Positions 1-8,144 of a DNA stretch of 64,000 nucleotides are shown piece after piece. The position numbers and the translations under genes are program-made. The notes under the pieces were generated by a model. That model ran no database searches. It saw nothing but the letters and a program-made list of their open reading frames with translations, and was not told the DNA's origin. The stretch comes from Bacteroidaceae bacterium (lineage in GTDB: Bacteria; Bacteroidota; Bacteroidia; Bacteroidales; Bacteroidaceae): the NCBI GenBank assembly GCA_017462065.1, contig JAFTRV010000067.1, positions 3,237 to 67,236 on the forward strand, in the 5' to 3' direction. The stretch's first letter is position 1, and each line of letters starts with the position of its first letter.

Positions 1-2
1 AC

Positions 3-3000
3 TTCCTTTGGGGCTTTAACCTGTCGTGGAAGAAACAGAGCCAATGGCTCACCAACATTATTGACCGCTTGCCGCTGATAAGCTGCACAGAGCCCTCTTC
101 GATAAGCATCTCGGCAGAGTTCGCAAGGCTCGAGGCCGGCACGTCGAAGCATGTTCAGAGCGAAGCGTCGTACATCGACGACTTCGAAAGCACCGAGAAC
201 GGCATAGACCTCAAGTCGCCGTCGCAATGGCAGCTATCCTCCTTGCCGAGCGGCATGCCCTACAGCAACCTTATTAACGACGTACGCACAGGGTACGACC
301 GCGCACGCATAAGCTGGTATACCATTGACCCGCTGTTCACGCGCCGCAGCTCGTCGCTGACGCCGGCGCACATAAAGAGCGACATGGAACAGCTGTCGAA
401 CCACTACGTGCGCGAGGTGTACGAGAGAGAGCTGTACCCCAACAAAGAATCGACATTCGGAGAGTCCTCGACAATGTCGCTTTTCGACGTAACCTACTAC
501 CCCAACGAGCGCGGCCCGTACAACCTTGACACCGACATGGACTTCAACGGCAAGCTGAACAACCCCGAGAGGCGTTGGGGCGGCATCACACGCCAGCTGA
601 CGACAACCGATTTCGAGAGCGCCAATATACAGTACCTCGAGTTCTGGCTGCTCGACCCGTTCATATACGAACAGATGGGCATGGGCGGCGACCTCTACTT
701 TAACTTAGGCGAGGTGTCGGAGGACATTCTGAAGGACGGCAAGAAGTTCTTCGAGAATGGCTTGCCTGCGACAGGCAACACTTACGAATATGAAGAGACC
801 GCATGGGGCCGTGTGCCTCTGACGACCGGCCTTGTGTACGCCTTTGACAACAATTCGGGCAGCAGAGAGCAGCAGGATGCGGGCTTGAACGGATTGAGCA
901 GCAGCGACGAGGCACAGTTCCCTGTCTACAAGAACTACCTCGACGCATTGAAGGGCCGTGTTAGACAGGAGGTGTACGACAGCATAGCCAACGACCCTGC
1001 CGGCGACGACTACCACTACTTCAGAGGCGGCGACTACGACGCAGCCGAGAAGAGCATCATAGAGCGATACAAATACTTCAACAACACCGAGGGCAACTCG
1101 CCGGAGTCGTCGGGCAACACCTTCAGCAGCGCCGCAAAATCGACTCCCGACATTGAGGATGCCAACCAGGACTTCACGATGGACGAGTACGAGAACTTTT
1201 TCCAGTATAAGGTATCGCTGCGTCCCGAGGATATGCATGTAGGCCGCAACTACATAACCGACAAACGCACAGTAACCACCAAGCTGCGTAACGGAAAGAC
1301 CGAGAGCGTGAACTGGTACAAGTTCCGCATCCCTATCGAAGAGTATGAAAAAGCTGTAGGCTCGATACGTGACTTCACCTCGATACGCTTCATACGAATG
1401 TACATGACATCGTTCGCCAAGCCCGTAACCCTGCGTTTCGCAACCATGCAGCTCGTGAGAGGCACATGGCGTCCTTATCAGCAGCCGATAGCATCGAAGA
1501 ACAACACATCGCCGACAATGTCGGGCGAGTTCACCACATCGGCGGTAAGCATCGAGGAGCATGGCGACAGAAAGCCGGTAAACTACGTGCTGCCTCCGGG
1601 CGTAACAAGAATCATTGACCCGAGCCAGCCGCAGCTGAGACAGGACAACGAGCAGGCTCTTGCATTGAACATCAACAACCTGGGCAGCAAGGAGTCGAGG
1701 GCGGTATACAAGAAGAGCAACCTTGACATACGCCAGTATGAGCGCATACAGCTATACATTCATGCCGAGGCGCCCGAGGCCGATGCCACGCAGCTGAGCA
1801 ACAACGACGTGTCGCTGTTCGTACGCTTAGGCTCCGACTACAAGAGCAACTACTACGAGTACGAGATTCCGCTGCAGCTCACGCCTCACGGCTCGTATGA
1901 CGGCAACAGCACTGCCGCCATGACCGCCGTATGGCCTCAGGAGAACATGATTGACATAAAGCTGAGCAAGCTCACCGACGTCAAGGTGAGACGCAACACC
2001 CTGCGCAACAACAATGCCGAAGGCGTAAGCAACACCACCATATACAGCGAATACGACGAAGAGACTCCCAAGAACAGGATAAGCATTGTCGGCAGCCCGT
2101 CGCTCGGACAGGTCAAGGTGATGATGATTGGAGTACGCAACAACAGCGCAAGCAACAAATCGGCGATTATATGGGTCAATGAGATGCGTCTGCTCGGCTT
2201 CAGCAACAAGAGCGGATGGGCGGCGCAGGGCAACCTAAACCTGAAGCTGTCGGACATTGCCCAGTTCGCTGCTCAAGGAAAGATTGAGACAGCCGGCTTC
2301 GGCGGCCTTGAGGACAAGCTGTCGGCACGCAGTACCGACGACTACTACAAATACTCGCTCACAGGCTCCATGAACGCAGGCCGCCTGCTGCCGAAGTCGT
2401 TCAAGGTATCGGTGCCGCTCTACTACTCGTTCACCGACGAGGTTACATCGCCTCTTTACAGCCCGTTCGACACCGACATCATGCTCGGCGACATGCTCGA
2501 CACATATGACGACGAGAGAAGAGACTCGATAAAGAACATTGCCGAGGTACGTTCAAGGACTCACAACTTCAGCGTAAGCAACGCAAAGGTGAACATAAGC
2601 AGCAAGAAGTCCATGCCGTACGACCCAGCGAACATCAGCTTCAGCTATTCACGCTCAAGCACCGACAACAGCGGAAGCACCATAAGCTGGGAGAACAGGC
2701 TGAACTGGAAAGCGTCGATAGCCTACAACTATTCAAGCCCCATAAAGACTATAAAGCCATTCGGCAAGATTAAGAACAAGTCAAGGTGGCTGAAGATAAT
2801 GAAAGACTGGGGAGTGAACCCGTTGCCGCAGACACTGGCCCTCAGCACCGACATGACACGCACATACCACGAGATACAGCGGAGAGACCTCAATGCCGTC
2901 GCCGGCGGCAACGACATACCGCTCACCTTCTCTCAGCAGTTCTACTGGAACCGTGCCTTCTCGATAAAGTGGGACCCTACAACAAACCTCAGGATGAGCC

Positions 3001-5072
3001 TCAACACGGGAACGAACGCCGAGGTAGAAGAGCCTTTTGTCCCGGTGAACAAGGCGATGTATCCCAACGAGTATGAGATGTGGAAGGACTCTGTCAAGCA
3101 TAGCCTTGCCGACTTTGGCACGCCGCTCGGCTACCAGCAGAACTTTACCGCATCGTACAGCCTGCCGCTCAACAAAGTGCCCGTGTTCGAATGGCTGGCG
3201 GCCGACGTGAGCTACTCGGCGACATACAATTGGCAGAGAGGAAACACAATCTCGGGAGTGAACTTCGGCAATAACATTTCGAACAAACGCAATGTCACGG
3301 CAAAGGCCACGATCAGCTTAGAGAAGCTGTACAACCTTATACCCTACCTTGAGGAGACGAACAAACGGTTCGCAAGCAACAAACGCAAGGCGAATGTACG
3401 CAAGCCTAAGCCAAAGAAGGTGAAGCCGTTCGTGAAGGAGATTGAGATTCGCAAAGACACTACCGTGACCATTGAGCACAACCTCAAGAGCAAAAAGTTC
3501 GAGATTACCGCACGCACCAAGAAAGGCGAGAAATACTGTCTCAAGTACAAAGTCATCGACGACAACAAGATACTTGTCAAGAACAATGACAGCATAGACG
3601 TCAAAGTCACTATTCTGCCAAAGGCAGACAACGGTGAGCGCAGCAAGTTCGCACTGGCCATGCAGTACCCCGTAAGAGCCCTGATGCTCGTGCGTAACGT
3701 GTCGGTGAACTACACCAACGCATATGCCATGAGCCTGCCGGGATTCCTGCCGACGACGGGCGACATATTCGGGCAGAACAAGATTAACGGCGTGTATGCT
3801 CCGGGACTTGACTTCGCATTCGGTTTCACCGATGACAGCTTCTTGCAGAAGGCGCACCGCAACAGCTGGCTGCTGCGCAGCGACAGCGTGGCTTCGGAGG
3901 CGTCGTCCACTGCTGCCGAGGACCTGCAGGTGAGAGTGACGCTTGAGCCTATGAGGGATTTCAAGATAGACCTCAACGCAAACTGGACACGCAACAACAG
4001 CAAGAGCGTACAGTTCATGTACGAGGGCATGCCGTTCAACGAGTCGGGCGGCCTTAACATGACAACAATAACCATAGGCAGCTCGTTCGGCGGCGGCAAT
4101 GCGGCGAACGGATACAAGTCGGCTGTCTACGACAGCTTCGTGAGCAACATCGAAGCGTACCGCCAGAAGACAGAGCAGCTTTACCAGGGAGCCAAATACC
4201 CTGCTTCGAGCACGCTTGCAGGCGAGAGCTACGATGCGGCGAACGGCGGCGTGAACAAATATTCCGCCGACGTGATGATACCCGCATTCCTTGACACATA
4301 TACAGGCATCAAGGGCAACGGCATATTCCCTGAGATGTTCCGCCTGCTGCCTAACTGGAAGATAAAATATTCGGGACTCTCAAAGCTCGAGTTCCTGAAG
4401 AAATACTTCAAGAGCGTGAACATAGAGCATGGCTACAAGAGCGTGTATGCAGTTGGCTCATACAGCACATATGCCACATACATGGAGTACTCGAAGGGCA
4501 TAGGCTTCGTGAACAGCACCACTACCGGACTGCCCGTTCCGAGCGGAAGGTACAATGTGGGCGCAGTGTCGATAAACGAGAGTTTCTCGCCGCTGATAGG
4601 ACTTGACGTCACGACCAACTTCAACCTAACCTTAGGGGGAAAATACATCAAGTCAAGAACGCTCAACATGAGCGTCACGGCAATACAGCTTGTCGAGACA
4701 AGCTCCGAGGAGATAGCGTTCAACATCGGCTACAAGATTGTAAACCTCAAGTTCCTGAACGGCGGCAAGAAGGCAAGCAAGAGCAAGAAAGAGAGCAAGT
4801 CGGGCAGTGGCAACGACATTAACATACGTGCCGACTTCTCGTTCAAGAACAGTTCGTCGGTATGCCGCAGCATAGATAAAGGCACGACACAGGCGACAAG
4901 CGGCAACAAATCGTTCAACTACTCGCTCACGGCCGACTACGCATACAGCAAGACACTTACGTTCAGCCTCTACTTCGACCGTCAGAAGACTATACCGCTC
5001 ATTTCGGCGAACTCATACCCCACATCGACAACAGACTTCGGCGTGAGCATGAAGTTCTCGCTTGCAAGATGA
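3..5072 (+). CDS. sprA: T9SS translocon / gliding-motility protein SprA, C-terminal ~1690 aa; the 5' end lies outside the window
   Basis: The frame is open from nt 3, with no stop before the TTG at 69 that the ORF track uses. It is a single 5-kb ORF encoding a beta-rich outer-membrane-type protein with SprA-like stretches (e.g. RISWYTIDPLF). Stop TGA at 5070-5072. Confidence 0.8.
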   Translation, partial: FLWGFNLSWKKQSQWLTNIIDRLPLISCTEPSSISISAEFARLEAGTSKHVQSEASYIDDFESTENGIDLKSPSQWQLSSLPSGMPYSNLINDVRTGYDRARISWYTIDPLFTRRSSSLTPAHIKSDMEQLSNHYVREVYERELYPNKESTFGESSTMSLFDVTYYPNERGPYNLDTDMDFNGKLNNPERRWGGITRQLTTTDFESANIQYLEFWLLDPFIYEQMGMGGDLYFNLGEVSEDILKDGKKFFENGLPATGNTYEYEETAWGRVPLTTGLVYAFDNNSGSREQQDAGLNGLSSSDEAQFPVYKNYLDALKGRVRQEVYDSIANDPAGDDYHYFRGGDYDAAEKSIIERYKYFNNTEGNSPESSGNTFSSAAKSTPDIEDANQDFTMDEYENFFQYKVSLRPEDMHVGRNYITDKRTVTTKLRNGKTESVNWYKFRIPIEEYEKAVGSIRDFTSIRFIRMYMTSFAKPVTLRFATMQLVRGTWRPYQQPIASKNNTSPTMSGEFTTSAVSIEEHGDRKPVNYVLPPGVTRIIDPSQPQLRQDNEQALALNINNLGSKESRAVYKKSNLDIRQYERIQLYIHAEAPEADATQLSNNDVSLFVRLGSDYKSNYYEYEIPLQLTPHGSYDGNSTAAMTAVWPQENMIDIKLSKLTDVKVRRNTLRNNNAEGVSNTTIYSEYDEETPKNRISIVGSPSLGQVKVMMIGVRNNSASNKSAIIWVNEMRLLGFSNKSGWAAQGNLNLKLSDIAQFAAQGKIETAGFGGLEDKLSARSTDDYYKYSLTGSMNAGRLLPKSFKVSVPLYYSFTDEVTSPLYSPFDTDIMLGDMLDTYDDERRDSIKNIAEVRSRTHNFSVSNAKVNISSKKSMPYDPANISFSYSRSSTDNSGSTISWENRLNWKASIAYNYSSPIKTIKPFGKIKNKSRWLKIMKDWGVNPLPQTLALSTDMTRTYHEIQRRDLNAVAGGNDIPLTFSQQFYWNRAFSIKWDPTTNLRMSLNTGTNAEVEEPFVPVNKAMYPNEYEMWKDSVKHSLADFGTPLGYQQNFTASYSLPLNKVPVFEWLAADVSYSATYNWQRGNTISGVNFGNNISNKRNVTAKATISLEKLYNLIPYLEETNKRFASNKRKANVRKPKPKKVKPFVKEIEIRKDTTVTIEHNLKSKKFEITARTKKGEKYCLKYKVIDDNKILVKNNDSIDVKVTILPKADNGERSKFALAMQYPVRALMLVRNVSVNYTNAYAMSLPGFLPTTGDIFGQNKINGVYAPGLDFAFGFTDDSFLQKAHRNSWLLRSDSVASEASSTAAEDLQVRVTLEPMRDFKIDLNANWTRNNSKSVQFMYEGMPFNESGGLNMTTITIGSSFGGGNAANGYKSAVYDSFVSNIEAYRQKTEQLYQGAKYPASSTLAGESYDAANGGVNKYSADVMIPAFLDTYTGIKGNGIFPEMFRLLPNWKIKYSGLSKLEFLKKYFKSVNIEHGYKSVYAVGSYSTYATYMEYSKGIGFVNSTTTGLPVPSGRYNVGAVSINESFSPLIGLDVTTNFNLTLGGKYIKSRTLNMSVTAIQLVETSSEEIAFNIGYKIVNLKFLNGGKKASKSKKESKSGSGNDINIRADFSFKNSSSVCRSIDKGTTQATSGNKSFNYSLTADYAYSKTLTFSLYFDRQKTIPLISANSYPTSTTDFGVSMKFSLAR

Positions 5073-5073
5073 T

Positions 5074-5144
5074 GATTAACGATTAACGTTTAACGAGGAA
5101 CGTTTAACGAGGAACGAATTAACGATTAACGTATAACGATTAAA
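5074..5144. repeat. Tandem 7-nt repeat array 1: 10 units of G(A/T)TTAAC with variants GAGGAAC, GTATAAC and one 8-nt unit
   Basis: Read directly: GATTAAC GATTAAC GTTTAAC GAGGAAC GTTTAAC GAGGAAC GAATTAAC GATTAAC GTATAAC GATTAAA. The array starts 2 nt after the sprA stop. Confidence 0.9.
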
Positions 5145-5237
5145 GCCGTAGGCTTCGACGGCATGAGCAGCATCTCGTCAAGCGTAGCATCGCTGAAAGT
5201 GATGCCGCTTGGGTTGCGGTAGCGAATGCCGTCAACA

Positions 5238-5307
5238 GATTAACGATTAACGTTTAACGTTTAACGTTTAACGATTAACGATTAGCGATTAACGATTAGC
5301 GATTAAC
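5238..5307. repeat. Tandem 7-nt repeat array 2: 10 units of G(A/T)TTAAC with GATTAGC variants, same orientation as array 1
   Basis: Read directly: GATTAAC x2, GTTTAAC x3, GATTAAC, GATTAGC, GATTAAC, GATTAGC, GATTAAC. Confidence 0.9.
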
Positions 5308-5331
5308 GAGGGCTACATTGTAACCTAAGCC

Positions 5332-5381
5332 ACCTTAGTATCCCTTAGCCTCCCTTAATCGCCCTTAGTTGCCCTTAAACC
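5332..5381. repeat. Five consecutive 10-bp units, each starting (A/C)CCTTA(G/A)
   Basis: ACCTTAGTAT CCCTTAGCCT CCCTTAATCG CCCTTAGTTG CCCTTAAACC. They are preceded by an inverted CTAAG at 5325-5329. Confidence 0.8.
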
Positions 5382-5386
5382 ACCAA

Positions 5387-5429
5387 TACTCAGAGAGCGA
5401 GATTGAAATTCAATCTCGCTCTCTGAGTA
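5387..5429. terminator. 43-nt perfect inverted repeat. Likely the host terminator directly downstream of tRNA-Arg (minus strand), and possibly bidirectional for sprA
   Basis: TACTCAGAGAGCGAGATTGAA-A-TTCAATCTCGCTCTCTGAGTA. By the junction analysis it abuts the element boundary and would sit immediately 3' of the tRNA in an empty site. Confidence 0.55.
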
Positions 5430-5440
5430 CACCTGACGGT
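5420..5440. other. attL junction (host half-site / AC / element half-site)
   Basis: AGTAC at 5426-5430 is repeated at 13016-13020. The GC content drops immediately to the right. The sequence to the right (ACCTGACGG) is the inverted partner of CCGTCAAGT at the other end of the element. Confidence 0.55.
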
Positions 5441-5566
5441 TTCGACTTCGAACTACTATTGAAAGACCTTGACCTAATTTGGGAACTACGAAAATATATC
5501 CCAATAGGTCCGTATCGTTAAAAAACAGACAAGGTTGGTAATGGTATCAAATTGCAAAACACAATC

Positions 5567-5590
5567 AGCACCCCTCTGTGGGTGCTTTTT
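5567..5590 (+). terminator. Rho-independent terminator-like hairpin
   Basis: AGCACCC-CTCTGT-GGGTGCT followed by TTTTT. It lies 46 nt after the stop (5519-5521) of the LSR frame as it would read in the circular form. Confidence 0.55.
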
Positions 5591-5746
5591 ATGTATGTAA
5601 CCTATATCGCTTATCAAATATCATTTTTAGTCGTATAGGTAAAAACTGTTTTTATTTTTTTGTACAGAAATATTTTTCAAAAAAAGTTACTTACTATTTA
5701 CTCTTTTTCTACTTATGCTACTATTTATAATAAAACAGTATTGCTT

Positions 5747-5944
5747 ATGAAAAGAACATACAGAGAATTAAATGATGATACCAAACAGCGTATCAGTCAA
5801 GCCCTCAAAGGGCGTGGTTTGACAGACAACCACAAGCAAGCCATCAGCGATGGTATGAGAGCATATTGGGCAACAATCCCCAATAAGCCAAACGATGGAA
5901 CTAATGAGATTAAAAACAGTATTAACAATGAAAATCAGTGCTGA
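5747..5944 (+). CDS. Small DNA-binding protein with two NUMOD3-like motifs (65 aa)
   Basis: TKQRISQALKGRG and HKQAISDGMRAYW resemble the NUMOD3 K-x-x-I-S-x-A/G-x-x-G pattern. ATG at 5747. Its 3' end overlaps the next gene by 17 nt. Confidence 0.5.
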   Translation: MKRTYRELNDDTKQRISQALKGRGLTDNHKQAISDGMRAYWATIPNKPNDGTNEIKNSINNENQC

Positions 5945-6812
5945 CAAAGTAAAACTATGCTACACACTCTATGAAGACTCTCCATTATATCAACTAATGG
6001 AAACACCCCTCGAAATCTATGAACTCCCACATTGGGATTTTCGCCTTGAAAGGACAGAGGGCAAATATTACAATTACATCTACAAAATCATTTACCTTGA
6101 ACGAACAAGCAACAACCCCAACAGCGAGTACGATATGCAATGCTTTGGTACATTGCGTTGGGGATTGAAAGCAGACAAAGAGGGCGAAATGAGTGGGTTT
6201 GTATGGATTGAGATAGACAACAAGCAACTATACCTCAACTACAATTATAACACCCACAATCGCCTCGTTTACCTCGATTACATAGAGGGCGTATTGGGAT
6301 TGAAATTCCACAACCTTACACGCCTCGACCTCGCTTTCGATGATACCCGAAACCTCTCCAAACGCCTAATTCGTGCCATTCGTGATGAAAACCTAATACC
6401 TATAGTAAACGGCACAAAGGTAACAGACAGGGATAAACTCCTTGAAGATATACTTTACATAGGCGTTGGGTCTTGTCGCAGAATTAAGGAATACAGCCTC
6501 ATAGTCCAGCAGAAGAATGGCGATTTACGCCTCTCTGCATACAACAAGAAAAGAGAAATCGAAAGCAATAGTGGCAAACACTACATCGCAGAAGCCAATG
6601 GCAACCCCAATTACCTTTTTCGTTTAGAGGTTCGTGTAAATGGCGATACCTTGCGAGAATATTTCCAACACTTGGGTATAGAATACAATCCTATGTTGTT
6701 CTGCAACGAAGATTTCCTTTGGCGTTTGTTCCTTGACTTTTCAAACAGAGTGTTACGCTTCCAAACTGTAAAGGGTAAACAGACTCTCGATGTTCTTGAT
6801 ATTGTTGCGTAG
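5928..6812 (+). CDS. Rep_trans-family rolling-circle replication initiator, or MOB_T-like relaxase
   Basis: Motifs typical of PF02486-type proteins: TRLDLAFDD, LRLSAYNKKREIE (R-x-Y-d-K) and FRLEVRV. The internal ATG at 5928 is preferred over 5895. Confidence 0.6.
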   Translation: MKISADKVKLCYTLYEDSPLYQLMETPLEIYELPHWDFRLERTEGKYYNYIYKIIYLERTSNNPNSEYDMQCFGTLRWGLKADKEGEMSGFVWIEIDNKQLYLNYNYNTHNRLVYLDYIEGVLGLKFHNLTRLDLAFDDTRNLSKRLIRAIRDENLIPIVNGTKVTDRDKLLEDILYIGVGSCRRIKEYSLIVQQKNGDLRLSAYNKKREIESNSGKHYIAEANGNPNYLFRLEVRVNGDTLREYFQHLGIEYNPMLFCNEDFLWRLFLDFSNRVLRFQTVKGKQTLDVLDIVA

Positions 6813-6930
6813 GGTATTAGTAAACCACCCTATGAATATATAGTATTTTACTGTAATTGATTGATATAATAGAGAATAATCTATATCAAACCTATGTATG
6901 AAATACACAGTATTGTATCAAACTAAAAAT

Positions 6931-6975
6931 GTATCAAGGTAATCAATAAAAAGACAACCTTGATACATTCTTTTT
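6931..6975 (+). terminator. Rho-independent terminator after rep
   Basis: GTATCAAGGT (6931-6940) pairs with ACCTTGATAC (6957-6966). A T-run follows at 6971-6975. Confidence 0.6.
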
Positions 6976-7034
6976 GTGTTAGTCTAATTTAAAATATTAT
7001 GTTGATAAAATAAGCAATGTGTAATAAATAATAT

Positions 7035-7042
7035 TACATTTG
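7035..7042 (+). promoter_or_regulatory. Bacteroidetes -7 box (TAnnTTTG)
   Basis: TACATTTG lies 18 nt upstream of the ATG at 7060. Confidence 0.45.
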
Positions 7043-7059
7043 TCAAAATTCAATTTGCT

Positions 7060-8055
7060 ATGGCAGAATTAAGAGTAAAAGAGATAATAAACCAAAGGGG
7101 CATATCTGTTCGTGAGTTTGCTCAAATGATAGGTGTTACTCGTGAATATTGTTATTCGTTATTAAAAGGAGAACACGCAAGTCAAAAGATTGTCGAAACT
7201 ATGGGGCGTGTTCTTAATCTTCCTATTAGGGATTTATATACACAACCCGATGAGGTAAAACCAATATACAATCCTTATGAAATTGTTTTTGGCAGAACAG
7301 AACACTACAAACCCAATGATATTGTAACCTTTGGTAAATTGAATGGAAAGTATGGTGCTTTAAGCAATATGAGTACAGTATATCCAGTCGAGTGCTGTGG
7401 ATATAAATTCAAGACAAGCGAACATTTGTTTATTGCCTTACGCTTCTCGGGTTACCCCGATTTACAGCGTGAAGTTATGGAATACAAAAACTCTATGTAC
7501 TGTAAGAAAGTGTTCATAAACAGCAATAAATATACTGATTTCCTATTTCCTCATTGGCGTGAAAATTATTTCGATGTTGAGGTAATGAAGTATATCGTAA
7601 ACTTGAAGTATGCTCAAAATGAGGGTTTTCGAAAGTTGCTTGCAAAGACTAAAGGAAAAATCATTGTAGAGGACACAACAATGCAGAACCATAGTAATAT
7701 GGTATTGCGTTGGGGTTGTCAAGACTTGCAGAAAAAAGACCTTGTAAGGGCAGTGAGAACCTCTACAGAACGTTATATTCGTTCATTTGAGAAAGACGCT
7801 TTGGCAAAGACTGCCTCGCTTAAAAGACCTCGTAGTGCCTCTAAACAGAAATCTTTTGATGATAAACTCAAAGCACAAATACAATCGATGGAAAAGGTCG
7901 TAGATATATGTGAGCAAACAATACTTGCTCAATGTAATTATACTTTAGTGGGCGAAAATGCAATGGGCAAGATACTCACAATACTGCGTGATAATGGTTC
8001 TATTGACCATAAATTTGATTATCCCCTATTCTTATTTGATAATGAAATAAAGTAG
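7060..8055 (+). CDS. Fusion of an XRE-type HTH domain and a NADAR (DUF1768/YbiA-like) domain
   Basis: N-terminus: ISVREFAQMIGVTREYCYSLLKG (HTH). NADAR signatures: YGALSNMS...FKTSEHLFIALRF, then VMKYIVNLKYAQNEGFRKLL...RWG, then GENAMGKILTILRD. An insertion of about 70 aa separates the last two. Confidence 0.7.
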   Translation: MAELRVKEIINQRGISVREFAQMIGVTREYCYSLLKGEHASQKIVETMGRVLNLPIRDLYTQPDEVKPIYNPYEIVFGRTEHYKPNDIVTFGKLNGKYGALSNMSTVYPVECCGYKFKTSEHLFIALRFSGYPDLQREVMEYKNSMYCKKVFINSNKYTDFLFPHWRENYFDVEVMKYIVNLKYAQNEGFRKLLAKTKGKIIVEDTTMQNHSNMVLRWGCQDLQKKDLVRAVRTSTERYIRSFEKDALAKTASLKRPRSASKQKSFDDKLKAQIQSMEKVVDICEQTILAQCNYTLVGENAMGKILTILRDNGSIDHKFDYPLFLFDNEIK

Positions 8056-8070
8056 ATTTTTATATAAAAT

Positions 8071-8115
8071 GATTGCCATCGGCGCAGCCGGTGGCAATCA
8101 ATTATTTATTTTTTT
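8071..8115 (+). terminator. Strong GC-rich hairpin terminator
   Basis: GATTGCCATCGGC-GCA-GCCGGTGGCAATC (13-bp stem with one G-U pair), followed by AATTATTTATTTTTTT. Confidence 0.7.
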
Positions 8116-8144
8116 GATATTTGTAAATAGATGAAATTTATTGC

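Noticed and set aside
705-1562. 285-aa minus-strand ORF, plus many other 60-130-aa antisense or out-of-frame ORFs, inside sprA
   Set aside because: It is fully embedded antisense to a strong, continuous 5-kb CDS. The composition is Arg/Ala/Val-rich with no recognisable motifs. It is the typical shadow ORF of GC-biased codon usage.
5163-5216. Short plus-strand ORF MSSISSSVASLKVMPLGLR in the core between the heptamer arrays
   Set aside because: It is only 19 codons, uses rare host codons, and has no promoter or ribosome context. The minus-strand frame looks more host-like, but it lacks a start codon, so neither frame is called as a gene.
5074-5381. CRISPR array or coding repeats
   Set aside because: The periods of 7 and 10 nt are far too short for CRISPR, and there are no spacers. 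All three frames of the heptamer arrays contain TAA stops, so the arrays are not translated.
5387-5429. The perfect palindrome as a rolling-circle origin (dso) or oriT for the Rep_trans protein
   Set aside because: By the junction analysis it lies on the host side of attL. It is GC-normal like the host, and it sits where the tRNA terminator should be in the empty site.
5431-5475. Possible degenerate direct repeat of the tRNA 3' half at the left end (shared GAACTACTA, GACCTT, TCGA)
   Set aside because: The shared words are not colinear with the tRNA. Serine recombinases need only the central dinucleotide. The AGTAC microhomology plus the attP dyad explain the junctions better.
8071-8099. GC-rich 13-bp hairpin as a nick site or oriT
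   Set aside because: The loop is only 3 nt and a long T-run follows directly after a stop codon. It is most simply a rho-independent terminator, though a dual role cannot be excluded.
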